Positions 26,401 to 42,236 of a DNA stretch of 64,000 nucleotides are shown piece after piece. Position numbers and translations under genes: made by a program. The notes beneath the pieces were generated by a model, which saw nothing but the letters and a program-made list of their open reading frames with translations, did no database searches and was not told where the DNA came from. Source of the DNA: the human T2T-CHM13v2.0 reference genome, Homo sapiens; the NCBI RefSeq assembly GCF_009914755.1, contig NC_060947.1; one strand, given 5' to 3'. Numbering within the stretch: the first letter of the stretch is position 1; each line of letters begins with the position of its first letter.

Positions 26401-29400
26401 CTTTTAGGTTTTCTAGTTTGTGTGCATAGATGTGTTTATAGTATTCTCTGATGGTAGTTTTTATTTATGTGGGGTCAGTGGTGATATCCCCTTTATCATT
26501 TTTTATTGTATCTATTTGATTCTTCTCTCTTTTCTTTTTCATTTTTCTAGCTAGTGATCTATGTATTTTATTATTTAAAGAAAAACAGCTCCTGGATTCT
26601 TTGATTTTTTGAAGGGTTTTTTTGTGTCTCTATTTCCTTCAGTTCTAATCTGTTATTGGTTATTTCCTGTCTTTTGCTAGCTTTGGGGTTTGTTTGCTCT
26701 TGGATCTGTAGCTTCTTTAGTTGTGATGTTAGGGTGTCAATTTGAGATATTTCTAGCTTTTTCATGTTAGCATTTAGTGTTATAAATTTCCCTCTTAACA
26801 CTGCTTTAGCTGCATCCTAGAGATTCTGGTACATTGTCGCTTTGCTGTCATTAGTCTCAAAGAACTTTTTGATATCTGCTTGAATTTCATTATTTACACA
26901 GGAGTCATTCAAGAGCAGGTTGTTCAATTTCCATGTAGTTGTGTGGTTTTGAGTAAGTTTCCTAATCTTGAGTGCTAATTTGATTGTGATGTGTTCTGAG
27001 AGACTGTTTGTTATGATTTCAGTTCTTTTGCACTTGCTGAGGAGTGATTTACTTCCAATTATGTGATCAATTTTAGAGTAAGTGTCATGTGACACTGAGA
27101 ATGTATATTCTGTTGTTTATAGGTGGAGAGTTTTGTAGAGACTTATTTAGGTCCACTTGATCCAGAGCTGAGTTCAAGTCCTGAATATCTTTGTTAATTT
27201 TCTGTCTTGATGATCTAATATTGATAGTAGGGTGTTAAAGTCACCCACTATTATTGTGTCAAGTCTAAGTCTCTTTGTAGGTCTCTAAGAACTTGTTTGA
27301 TAAATTTGGGTGTTCCTTTATTGGGTGTGCTTATATTTAGGATAATTAGCTTTTCTTGTTGAATTGACCCCTTTACCATTATGCAATGACCTTCTTTGTC
27401 TTTTCTGATCTTTGTTGGTTTAAAGTCTGATATTTCAGAAACTATAATTGCTTCCCGTGCTTTTTTCTGTTTTCCATTTTTTTGGTAAATTTTCCTCCAT
27501 CTCTCTATTTTGAGTTTATGTGTGTCTTTGTATGTTAGATGGGTCTCTTGAATACAACACAGTGATGGCTCTTGACTCTTTATCCAGCTTGCCATTCTGT
27601 GTCTTTTATTTGGGGTATTTAGCCTATTTAAATTTAAGGTTAATATTGTTATGTGTGAATTTGATCCTGTCATCTTAATGCTAGCTGGTTATTTTGCAGA
27701 CTTGTTAATGTAGTTGCTTCATGGTGTCACTGGTCTATGTACTTCAGTGTGCTTTTCTAGTGGCTGATAATGGTTTTTCCTTTCCAATTTAGTGCTTCCT
27801 TCTGGGTCTCTTGCAAGGTAGGCCTGGTGGTGGCAAATTCCCTCAGCATTTTCTTGTCTGAAATAGGCTTTATTTCTCCTTTACTTATGAAGCTTAGTTT
27901 GGCTGAATATGAAATTCTGGGTTAGAAATTCTTTTCTTTAAGAATGTTGAATACTGGCCCCCAATCTCTTCTGGCTTGTAAAGTTTCCACTTAGATGTCT
28001 GCTGTAAGTCTGATAGATTTCCCTTTGTAGGTGGCCTGGCCTTTCTCTCTGGCTGCCTTTAAAATTTTTGCCTACATTTCTACCTTGGATAATCTAATAA
28101 TTATGTGTCTTGGGGTTGATATTCTCATGTAGTATCTTAATGGGGTTCTCTGGATTTCTTGAATTTGAATATTGGCCTGTCTTGTTAGTTTGGGGGATTT
28201 CTCCTGGATTATATCCTGAAGTGTGTTTTCCAACTTGATTCTATTCTCCCTGTTTCTTTCAGGTACCTCAATCAGTTGTAGGTTCAGCCTTTTTACGTAA
28301 TCTCATAATTCTTGAGGTTTGGTTTCTTTTCATTCTTTTATCTCTAATTTTGTATGCATGCCTTATTTCAGCCACATAGTCTTCAAACTCTGATATTCTT
28401 TTTTTCTGCTTGGTCTATTCAGCTATTGATACTTATGTTTGCATTGTGAAGTTCTCATGTTGTGGTTTTCAGCTAGACCAGGTCATTTATTTTCCTCCCT
28501 AAACTGTTTATTCTGGTTAACAGCTCCTGTAATGTTTTATTACAGTTCTTAGCTTCTTTGCAATTGGTTAGAATATTCTGCTTTAGCTCAGCAAAGTTTA
28601 TTACCCATCTTCTGAAGCCTACTTCTGTTGATTCATCCATATCAGCCTTATACCAGTTCTGTGCCCTTGCTGGAGACATGTTGCCGTAATTTGAAGGAGA
28701 AGAGGCACTCTGGCTTTTTGAGTTTTCAGTGTTTTTGTGTTGATTCTTTTTCATCTTTATGGGTTTATCTACCTTTGATCTTTGAGGATGCTGACCTTTG
28801 GATGGGGTTTCATGGGGTCTTTTTCATTAACGTTGTTGTTGCTTTTTTTTTTTTTCAGCTAGGCCCCTCTTCTGTAGGGCTGCTACAGTTTGCTGGGGGC
28901 CCACTCCAGATCCTATTTGCCTGGGTGCCTTCCACCCCTGGAGGTATCACCAGTGGAGGCTGCAGAATAGCAAAGTTTGAAGCTTGCTCCTTACTCTGAG
29001 AGCTCTTTCACTGAGGGGTACCGATCTGATGCTGGCTGGAACACTCCTGTATGAGGTGTCTGGAGAACCCTGTTGGAGGGTCTTACCCAGTCAGGAGGGA
29101 CGGGATCAAGGACCCACTTAAATAAGCAGCCTGATTGTCACTTGTCAGAGTGGGTGTGCTGCAATGGGGAGAGTCCTCCTTGTCTTGTCTGCCCTAACTC
29201 TTCAGAGCTGGCAGGCAGAAAAGACTAAGACTGCTCATCCATGATACTCTGGCTGCCCCTCCTCCTAGGGGTTTCCCTCAGGGAAATCAGAGACCTGTCC
29301 CTAAACTCCAGGCTGGGGATGCTGACAATCCCACAGGGAGCCTCTGCCCAGTGAGAAGGAATGGGTCAGGGTCCCGCTTAAAGAAGCAGTCTGGCCACAA

Positions 29401-30350
29401 ACTGTCACAGCTGCTATTTTGCACTGTGCGGAATTGATCCTGGTCCAAACCACCCAGTCTCACTGGCACCAGCAGCAGGGGAAAGCTGCTGACTGGAATG
29501 GCTGTGATGGCAGCTGCCCCTGCCCCCAACGCCCCCCACCCCAGAACTGGGTCTTCTTAGGCAGTCTCCAGCATGCTGCACTGGCCAGTGGGGATTCCAA
29601 GCCAGTGGGTTTTAGCTTGTGGGTTCCGCGGGAATGGGGCCTGCTGAGAGAAATTGCTTGGCTCCCTGGCTTCAGCCCCCTTCCCACGGATCTCCTGCCT
29701 CACCAGAGTTCTAGGTGCTGGAGTATGCAAAAAGTCCTGTATCTCAGTGCCTGCCCCAGCTGCTGCCCACCCAAGTAGCTGTGGTGACTCTGCACAGCTC
29801 TGTGCTTGGGACCCAAGGCCCTGGTGGCGTGGGCTCACTAGGGGACCTCCTGATCCACTGGTTGCAGAGATCAGTGGGCAAAGCATGGTTTTCAGGACAT
29901 GGTAGCACAATCCCCCATCTCCTCCCTTGGCTGTGGGAGGGAGCTTCCTTTGCCCCATGCGGCTCCTGGGCTGGTCCTTGCTCCACCCTGTTTTTCCTTG
30001 CTCTCTGTGGGTGGTGCCAACTGCCTAGTCAGTCCTGATGAGAGAACCTGGGTACCTCAATGGAAGATGCAGAATTCACTGGCTGTTTTTGTTATTCTAG
30101 GTGGTAGCCCGCAGACTGGAGCTACTTCTACTCAGTTATCTTGGCTGCTCCTCCCACACATTTTTAAACAACCAGATCTGGCAAAAATTAACTCACTATC
30201 AATACGACAGCACCAAGAGGATGGTGCTAATCCATTCATGACAAATCCACCCCCCTGATCCAATCACCTCTCTCCAGGCCCCACCTCCAACAATGGAGAT
30301 TACAATTTCAATGTGACATTTGGGTAAGGACAAATATCCATACTATATAA
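23419..30350 (-). mobile_element. MSTA/MSTB solo LTR in two halves (23419-23653 and 30154-30350), split by an L1
   Basis: 'attgctataaagaagtacctga...aattggctcacagttctgcaggctgtacaggaag' joins 'tttaaacaaccagatct...aatatccatactatat'; flanks cattt/catgt. Confidence 0.85.
23654..30153 (-). mobile_element. Full-length (~6.5 kb) inactive L1PA8-10-like element
   Basis: 5' end reads GAGGAGCAGCCAAGATAACTGAGTAGAAGTAGC; ORF1 remnant 28473..28754; ORF2 remnants 27251..27673, 26817..27095, 24999..25436; TSD ccacacactttt (23642-23653) / ccacacattttt (30154-30165). Confidence 0.93.
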
Positions 30351-30672
30351 CATGTATTCCCTTTATATTAATTGAATGGTTATGGCATAAATATTGTTCC
30401 AGTAGGTTTTAAGACCAATGACATAACATTTCATTAAGTCCAGCGTCAGAATTCTACCACCACAGCAAGGTTTGAATTCATTTTTGGCAACATGAAGCAA
30501 ATTGAAAAATGTACACAGTCTATAAAAGAGCAAGCTAACTTCTATATTTAAAAAAATATAGAGTACTTACCACATGTGCATCACAAAATATTTTTTACAA
30601 GTGTATGTATTATAATATTTTTTGTTATACAAAATTTTTTCTAAGAACCTAATTGTTAAATTGGTAGAATAC

Positions 30673-31038
30673 TGTCTTGGTCCATTTTTGCTACCATCAT
30701 GAAATACCACAGACTGGGTAATTTATAAAGAACAGAAATTTATTTTATCACAGTTTTGGAGGCTAGGAAGCCCAAAGTCAAGGTGTTGGCAGGTTTGGCT
30801 GTCTGGTGAGGACTGTACACTTCTTCCAAGTTGGTGCCTTGTTGTCAGATCCTCTGGGAGGGGAGGAACACTGAGTATTTACATGACGGGAGACAAAAGA
30901 GAAAGTGAGTTGCATGAAGCCTCTTTTATAAGGGCCTTAATCCCATTTGCAAGGGAGGAACTCTTATGGCCTATAACCTCTTAAAGGCTCCATCCGTTAA
31001 TACCTGAATTTTGGAAGGCACACATTTAAACCATAGCA
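30673..31038 (-). mobile_element. MaLR solo LTR (MSTC/MLT1A-like) within an L1ME-like fragment
   Basis: TG...CA ends 'tgtcttggtcc' and 'ttaaaccatagca'; perfect 5-bp TSD AATAC at 30668-30672 and 31039-31043. Confidence 0.88.
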
Positions 31039-31244
31039 AATACATACGTTGTGATATATTCATATAATAGATGATCTAGTGATTAAAATGAACTGCACAA
31101 ATGCATACACATCATCAAGAATAGATCTCAAATGCACGAAAAAAGAACAAATTACTGAACAAGTTCAGCATATCATTTGTATAATTTTTTTAAGTGTACA
31201 ACATTAATAAAAATCATTCTATATGTTATAGATGGAGACATACA

Positions 31245-31430
31245 TGTGTACAACTGGACTCCAGATGCAACTCTGCATCATATTAGCTCTGTGTCCTTGG
31301 GCAAGTTGTTTACTCCTTTGTAGAATAGTCATTTGCAAAATGTAGGCTACTATGAGGATTAAATAAGTAAATGTTTGGAAAATGTTAATAACTATGCCAG
31401 GCACATGGTAAACACTATAAAAGTTTTGTT
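31245..31430 (+). mobile_element. MIR SINE
   Basis: Core 'tagctctgtgtccttgggcaagttgtttact...tgaggattaaat...ggcacatggtaaacact'. Confidence 0.75.
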
Positions 31431-32104
31431 AAGAAACTATAAATATATAACAGTATAAAACTTGAAATAGACAGATACTCGCTGAAGTCTTAATGGTGAC
31501 TGCTTGCCTCAAGACAGGTGAGAAGGAAACTTATGATGCTGAAAGGGGGCTTTAACTTTATACATGATTTTAGTTTCTTTCTTCATATAAAAAAGACTAA
31601 GTAATAGTTAATTCTAGATGGTAGAAACATGAGTTTTTGTTAAATTGCATGCATATTTTGTTATTTTAAATATTTCAAATGTCAGGAGCCACACTTACAG
31701 TTACGACTATAAAATATCTTCATCCTTAAAAATAAGTGTTAGACTAGATGACTTTTAAAGGGTTTTATAGATATACACAATTTCCTCATTTATTAGTCCT
31801 GCTCTTGGCCATATATTCTATGACACAAGCTAACAATAAAAGATAAACAAATTGTCAGATTGATGTACCATTTTTTTTCTCTAAAAGAAGTTTAATTGGC
31901 AGTCCAAATTCTGAAGAGTAGTTACTTATCCCATCTGACTTACCATAAGCCCTATGTAATGCACAGTATAGACATTGTACCATGATGGTTGACATTTACA
32001 ATGCCAGACTAATTGCTTTCATCCGAGAAGCAACCCAAAATCTTGAGATAAAATGAAGGCTTGGTTTTTACATGGCTTTGAGTTTGTAAATTTTTAATTG
32101 TTTA

Positions 32105-34579
<2,475 letters not shown>

Positions 34580-37050
34580 TTGTTTAAATACACTTATTCA
34601 TTACTCAATACTCAGCTCAGCAAATTGCAAAAAATACAACAATAACAGATGCACTAGGTGACTGTAGTACTTTGCCATTAGTTTGACTTGTGTTTTTCAT
34701 TTTGAGATTGGGTAAGTCACCCACAGAATGTTATAAAGTAAAACCAAGAAGATTCAAGATTTTAATAAGACATTACCTTGAACTCCCTACATTGAAGATC
34801 ATTTATCTCTGTCTAGATGCATGTGTTTATATATGTGAGCACTCATATAAAGATAGAGATCCCAGTAAGGAGGCATAAAATAAAATTGCTTTGTAGGTGA
34901 AGATAAAACACCAGCTACTACTACTACTGCTACACACACATACACCCACACACACATATGTATGAATGACACATTTATCATTATTAAATTGAGATTTTGA
35001 AAGTCAAATATGTATCTTTTTCTAATGTCCCTTCTAAGCAGAAGTTTCTGATGCTGTTATCATGTCTCTGCTCCAATGCTTATGGAATTGCCTTTTACAA
35101 AGGAGATTATTTCATCAATGATCTCAGTCTTTTATCTGATTCTATAAGAAATATATATTTGGCTTTCCAGAACAATATTATATTTTCGGTTTGCAAAGTC
35201 AGAACAGCTTGATGGGTTGAGGGCGGGAGTTTATTCTGTTACTTAATTGGTGATGCTGTCCACATGAGTCTAAATCACTGGTTTGAATGATTCTTTCTCA
35301 ATGAATTGACTCATCTACTTCCAGCTACATCAACCAGCTATTATGGTGTGTGTCAATATTATGATTAATTACTGGATAAAACTAGTGAAAAGCAAGACAA
35401 ATGAGCAATTTTAGGTGTTAAATCTATTTAGTTTTATATTCCAACTGTTTGAATATTTGTGACATTTAGTTGAAGACTCATACATTGATTTTAATCCTTT
35501 GTAAATGATAGTATCTAGCTTAAATAACTCCTCTGTATAACACTAGGGACGTATGGGCAGCAAATTTGCTTCCATGTACTAACAGTGCTCAAATTTTAAT
35601 ATTGACAACAGAAGAATTTATAAAGTATGTTTTCCACTCTCTGTTCCTACACACCCAAATATACATTTGCAGAGTTCTGAGTTATTATTTTTCTCTTTGT
35701 CTCCTATATATTATAAAACTAAGAGTCCCATTTTTTTCAAAGATTATATTAATATAGTGTTGGACTGGCTTTATTGTCAGCTCAGGACCTCAGAGATGGG
35801 AATGGATTTATGTGTTATAGCAATGACTGACTAAGAATACACCTTGGCCTATTTTACAACTAATACTGTCTCCCTCTCCACCTCTAGAATTATAGCGGGA
35901 ATTTTGGAGTAGATAAGTTTAATGGACATTTTGGTGTCAAAACTCAAAATTATGTTAATATAATAAGCTTCAGGGAAGATGAATATCAAAAAAGGTGGAA
36001 TTCTCTAGTGTTACCGGTTTTTCAAATTAGTTTCTGGCTGTGAATTGCTGGAGATATGTATCAGGAAATCTTAAAGAACAACATGGATTATTGAAATTGG
36101 TAGGTGTAGGTTCATGTCTTCTCTTTGCTCCACATTTGATTCAGGAAAATTTATTTCATTATAGTGCAGACCCTGTGATGCAGGACTTATATAGCTCTCA
36201 CACTATTTCTCCAAAATCGACTTGTTTGAGTTGAGAAGAAAGAAAATCACAGACCTGTCAGATGTTCATGGGAAAAAGGGTTCCATGGTCAATCTTGAGA
36301 AACACTGTATTATTTATCCCCTTTTGGGGAGAAACAATGCAGCTGATCACAATTGCGATTACTCTGGCAAAAGACCTCCATGAACTTCCATATTGCATAA
36401 AGATAACATTTTCTCAGTTTTAGTCTATTTCAGCTCCATGCTACATTCAACACAATAAATCACACCTTTCTTCTCCCTCGTCTCTTTCCCATCCCAACCA
36501 GCCTTTTAAAATGTGTCTTCCCTGTTTCTCTTTTTCTTTTGTTTACTAAGGAAATGCATGTTATTTAGACTGTTTAAACATTATATAAATAGATTGAATA
36601 TTAAGAAAGTCCACTGTTACTTTATCCCTTAGGGAAACATACTAATAATACTTTTGCATATATTCGTACATATGCTGTATGCTTCTTCCTCTCCTTCTTC
36701 TAGTATCTTAAACAAAAATGGAATTATAATATGCTTTTGGTTTGCAATATGCTTCTTTCACGTGACAGTAATATCAAGGACACTTCTAGTCAGTACATGA
36801 AGAACTAGCACCAGTATTTTAATAACTGTATAATAGTATTCCATTGTTTGGGTAAGTAGCCAACTAACCAAGCCCATTCATGGGCAGTCCTCTAGTGGTG
36901 CTTTCCACTTCAAAAACCACTTCTGGTATCAATTTTTGCTAAATCATAGCTTGGAGCCAGTGGGAGAAGTTCTCTATGAAGACTCGCTCCCATCTAAAAG
37001 GCAGCATTCTCACAGTCGTTTCTTAGGCTTGTGGTAACTCTACTAAGTTT

Positions 37051-37498
37051 TTTTTTTTAACATTTTACTTTTTATTTTATGTTTGGGGTACATATGTAGG
37101 TTTTTTTATACAGGCAGACAAGTTACTCGGGGGTTTGGTTTGCTGTACAGATTACTTCCTCGCCCAAGTACTAAACATAGTACTCTACTTTTATTTTTTT
37201 CTGAATCTCTTTCTTCTGCCACCCTCCACCTTCAAGTAGACCTCAGTGTCTGTTGTTCCTCTCTTTTTGTCCATGGGTCTTCATTATTTAGATCTAGCAA
37301 TTCCACTACTGGGTATTTAGCCAAACGAATATAAGTTGTTCTATCATAAAGACACATGAATGCATATGTTCATTGCAGCACTATTCACAATAGTAAAGAC
37401 ATGGAATCAGTTTGAATGTCCATCAATGGTAGACTGAATAAATAAAATGTAGTACATGTACACTATGGAATACTATGAAACCATAAAAAGGAATGAGA
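37051..37498 (-). mobile_element. Short 5'-inverted L1PA13-16-like insertion
   Basis: Minus-strand 3' UTR to ~37291, then plus-strand ORF2 end; degenerate TSD tctactaagttt (37039-37050) / tctactcagctt (37499-37510). Confidence 0.8.
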
Positions 37499-37719
37499 TC
37501 TACTCAGCTTTATCTGTCAAAGAGATCCTATCTACTTTCTGGTTTTCTAGAATGTTGTCATAATTTCTGATCTGATTATGGCACTTTTTCTTATTTATAG
37601 CACTGAAATGGAGTTTTTCAATTTAATTATTCTGTACTGTCATTTCCATAAGATTGTAAGAAGGAGATGTCTGCCATTTTGAACTACAAGATCCACGGAC
37701 ATTTTAAACTGACTAGTTT

Positions 37720-38420
37720 TGCATATAGCCACTGTCACCTTTGAGCTGGATTATTGCAGTAACCTACTAATGAACCCCGCTCTTTCTCTGTCTTTTCTCC
37801 TCTACAGTCTACAGTATGATATCTACAGAGCAACCAGATTTCCTTTTAACAATAAATTGCTTCTCAAAAACCCTCATTGGACTTTCAACTCATTCAGATT
37901 AAAATCCAAGGTTCTTATAACTGTCTACAGAGCTCTATATGATGTGGTCACCCATTATCTCTCTGACCCTACTCCTTTCTTTATTCATTTTATTCCAGCC
38001 ATACTTATCTCCTTTCTGCTCCTGAAACATGCTAAGCATGATTCCACCTCAGGCCTCCGCACTTCTTTCTGATCACCTGGAACGCTCTTTTCTGATGTAG
38101 GTGCATGGCTTACTATGTCACTTGATCTCGGCTCAAATGTCAACTTATTAAACAGACTTTCACTAACCACTTTATTTAAAATTTCATCTCCCCCTGATTT
38201 TCTACCCCCTATTCTCTTTCGACTGATTTATTTATTAACATTGATAACCATCTTACATCCTATATACTTGTTGGTTTATCTGTTTATTGTCCCTCTCCTC
38301 AATGGACTGTAAGCCTTATGAGGACATGGCTTGCTTGTGTTGGTCGATGCAGCATTTTTATCTAGCAGCTAGAATAATGCGTGATATATGGTAAGCATTC
38401 AATAAATATTTGCTGAATGA
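37720..38420 (+). mobile_element. L2 3' end
   Basis: 'ctggattattgcagtaacct...ctgtaagccttatgagg...tcaataaatatttgctgaatga'. Confidence 0.8.
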
Positions 38421-38439
38421 GCAAAGAAGTGAAAATAGA

Positions 38440-39480
38440 AAAGCATTGATTTTTTAATATATTAATCTCAAAACTGAACATTGTACTACTATTTTATTTT
38501 TCCTAACCTTTTCCAGTTGCTTCTTCTAGAATTTATCATTTTTGCCATCATCTTTCATCTTCAAATAAATATAACTGTTTTCTATTTTCTAATATTTATA
38601 TCTAGTATTTTCTACTTTTTCTAATTGCTGTATCTGGAAATTTATAACAACATTAAATACTGGCGGTGATTTTAGGAGTCCTTGTTTGTTTCTTACCTTC
38701 ACAGGAGTTTCTTTGATGTTAAGGATTCTGGTTGAAGTTTGAAACACAAAACACACACACACAAATGCACACATACACACACTTACCATATGAAGAATGT
38801 TTTCCCACATAGTTTACTAAGAATTTTACCAAAACAATAGAAGACTTTTATTAAATCATTTATTATAATTTAGTGATATGAGCATGTGTGTCTTCTCATT
38901 TGATTTATTATAATACATGGAAATAATAGATTTTTCAATAGTGAAGACTCCTTGAATTCAAGGAACTAGCTTTACTTTGTCATAGTATTTTGTGAACTAA
39001 TGAATTTGATGGACTAATTTGGTGAACTAATGGATTTGGTGAACTAATGGATTACCTTCAGTGTTTTTAAAGGATAAGTTGCATTGATTTATACATGTGT
39101 GTCAAATCAGTCCCTTTTTATTTTCTGCAATTTTACTCAAATTTGTTAATATTTTGCTGGCCTACTATAAAGAAGGGTAAATTATTTTCTCTTTATGCTC
39201 GGAGGCACCTCACACTTAGATATTCCTTGACAATGTGAAATAATTTACTTATAAAATGATCAAATCTGTGTGTCTCTTATCTGTTTATGTGCGTGATATT
39301 CTTGGATTAAAAAGATAGACTTTAAAAAACTAATATTCACATTTCTAGAGTTAATGGTCTGATCTGGTTCCTTATTTCTTATTTGGAAGTTTAGTTATTT
39401 ATATTTTCTGATGAGTTATTTCACTCAGATTTTACATTTACCTGTCTAATAAATCTGTGCTTGTAATTATTTCTTCTCTC
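38440..39480 (-). mobile_element. Highly degraded L1ME-type ORF2 fragment
   Basis: Antisense L1-like text such as 'gtccttgtttgtttcttaccttcacagga' and 'tttactaagaatttt'. Confidence 0.5.
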
Positions 39481-40069
39481 TCACTTCTAATAATTTGCAT
39501 TTGTGCTCTTTTATTGTAATCCTGTGGAAAGCAGTATCCTCCTCTGGACACCTCCTTTGCTTTTTGCAAGACTGGGAAAGTTGGCAGAGACCTACACTTG
39601 TGGTATTGAAGTGAGAACTTAAACAGGGGCTCGCAGCAGCTGCTGATGAGGTGATATTCCACTGCTGTGAGACTGTCAAGGATGCTGGTGCCAGCTGGGT
39701 GTTGGGAATACTGGATATGTCTCAGAACAGGAGAATAAGTGGTCCAGAAATAATTAACTCTGAAGCCCTGCTTTGTGAGCTAGGTCTGACTTTTCATTCT
39801 CCAAGATAAAACCAGCAGTTGAGCAATTCAAAAGCCTAATTAGTGGACCAATGTGGACAGTCTTAAGGAGTCGTAGGTAAATATTTAGGAAGATTATCTG
39901 GGAGAAAAGCTGTCCTTTACGGCTTTTAGGTGGAGACTCAAAATCGTTATAATTTTAGTATTAAAAGATATATTGTTGTCTCACGCTAAGGTCACAAAAT
40001 TTGTGTAGAATAAGCCTCTATCATTCTCTACCATTTTCTTCCCCATCCCAGCTTTTTTTTTAAATTTCC

Positions 40070-40386
40070 TTTTATTTACTTATTTGTTTGTTTATTTATT
40101 TATTGAGACAGGGTCTCACTCTGTCACCCAGGCTGGGGTGCAGTGGCATGATCTCTACTCACTGCAACTTTAACCTCCTGGGCTCAAGTGATCCTCCCAC
40201 TTCAGCCTCCCGAGGAGCTGAAACTACAGGCGCGTACCACTACACCCGGCCAAATTTTGTATTTTATGTAGAGATGAGGTTTCACCATTTTCCCCATCTT
40301 GCTCTGGAACTCCCGGGCTCGAGCAATCTGCCTACCTTAGCCTCCCAAAGTGCTAGGATTACAGGTGTGAGCCACTGAGACAGGCT
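40070..40386 (-). mobile_element. AluJ
   Basis: 'gagacagggtctcactctgtcacccaggctgg...cctcctgggctcaagtgatcctccc...ggattacaggtgtgagccac' with a (TTTA)n tail. Confidence 0.93.
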
Positions 40387-41114
40387 TTCTCTCTTTTCAT
40401 TGTTTTAAAGATCCTTCATATGCTTTTCTCTTCTACTTTCCCCTGAAAGGACAAGATTTCCAGTGTTTCATAGCACTCACCTTCCCAGAAGTGAGAAATT
40501 GCATCCTGGGGTACACAGCCAATTCTTCACTGGGTATGTTCTCCTGATGTCACAGAGGCACCTCAAATTCAGTAAGTCCCAAGTTAAACTGATCATCCTC
40601 CCCCATACTATCTATGCCTATTTTCTTTATTTTTATTTGCTGTCAATATTCATTCACATTCAAGTCAGAGCCTGAGAGTCCACCTAATTTTTTTGGTTTT
40701 CCTCATCTTTCACATGAAATACTGTTTGTTCCTTTTATTTCCCCTCATTGTTTTGAATAACTTTCTCCCTCTCCACACTTACCCCACTATCCTAGTTCAG
40801 ATTTTCGTGGTCTCCTTCTTGGATTTTCTTCAGTGACATCTCATACGTTGGGTATAACTTAAACTGGGTGCAACAGACCAGGGAAACCTACTAGGTCCAG
40901 CTAAGTATATAAGGAAAGTAGCTGTGTGTAATCCATTTCCAGGTACATGAGCCTGAATGGTGGGTACTCTCTTCCTTTAGCGTGGCAGCATTTTTACTGC
41001 TTGCCTTCATTTTCTTGTTCTTTGTTTCAGAACCCACTTGGTACTCTGACAACAAATTGAATTAACTCAGCCACAGTGGCTTAGAAAGAAAGGATCAAGA
41101 TCAAGTAGATGTAA

Positions 41115-41725
41115 GATTGGCAAAGAGCACAGTTTGGTGACACACTGTTGGCATGGGTGTGGTAAAGCAGGTGTGCATCCATTACTTGTAGGAGGTTAAG
41201 GTGGTGAGAACTCCTTGGAAGATGATTTAGCAATGGCTATTAATATAAAATGAACTTACTCATTGAACCAGTAATTTCATTTCTCGGAATTATCCTGCAG
41301 ATATATTTATGCTTGTACACAAAGATGTATACACTTAAGTAATCACTGCAGAATAGTTTACAGTAACAGAAAACCAGAACCAACATAAATGATCATCAAA
41401 GGTGTAATGAATAAGTCAAGTGTATTCCAATCACACAATAGAACAGCATGCAATAAAATTAAGTAGATAAGTATAAGAAAAAATCACTAAGATTTTGTGA
41501 TTAAAAAGGCACAGATACATACAGTATGTTATTATTTGTATAAAAATTCCATACACACATACATGTGTTCTTGTATATATATAGACTAAATCTAAATATG
41601 TATATGCAAAAAATATACTAGTGCTAATCTATGGGCTGGAAACTAGAGACCCCGGGGTTTGAGATTTACTTTTAACTGTATACTTTTTATACTGTATGGT
41701 TTTTTGATCATGTGCTTGTATTAAA
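41115..41725 (+). mobile_element. L1ME-type 3' end
   Basis: 'gaaccagtaatttcatttctcggaattatcctgcagat' and 'tgtatactttttatactgt'. Confidence 0.6.
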
Positions 41726-42226
41726 ATTATTTTAAATTGGCATAAAACAAAACACAAATAAAGACCAAGTGGTAAGTCTTAATATGTGTAGTTCAATATA
41801 TAAGAAATAGCTGCACATATAAAATGATATATATCTATGCTTTCTTCTCACATGGGAAGTAACATATACAAACAGATATACAAATATATTATATATGTAA
41901 GTAGTTATAAGTACATGTATATTTGTATAAATGAAAAATGGTTTGTTCAGTCAACTTTAAAAAACACTTAGCCATCCTAACTTACACCAAGTATATTTTC
42001 ATAACGTATTCAAGATGTTGTTTAATCTTTTAACTTATAAGTTTCATTTTCAAAAAGAGATGTACAAAGTAATGTCTGCATAGCTAATGCTTCAGATTCA
42101 GCTTCTGTCCTGGAAAGTTTTGACTTTGATAAATACGTTCTCAGAAAGACAAATGAAAAAAGAAAGCATATATTTAAGTATTAAGAACTTAAGTCTGCCA
42201 CTTAATTGCTAAGATGATGAACACAT

Positions 42227-42236
42227 TTTATTTATT
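42227..42236 (-). terminator. Overlapping AATAAA polyadenylation signals, probable DCAF12L2 3' end near 42205-42215
   Basis: Plus-strand 'tttatttatt' gives two AATAAA on minus, ~1 kb after the stop, with a T-rich tract further downstream. Confidence 0.65.

Noticed and set aside
23654-30153. Full-length L1 as a potentially active element
   Set aside because: ORF1 and ORF2 are broken into many short frames
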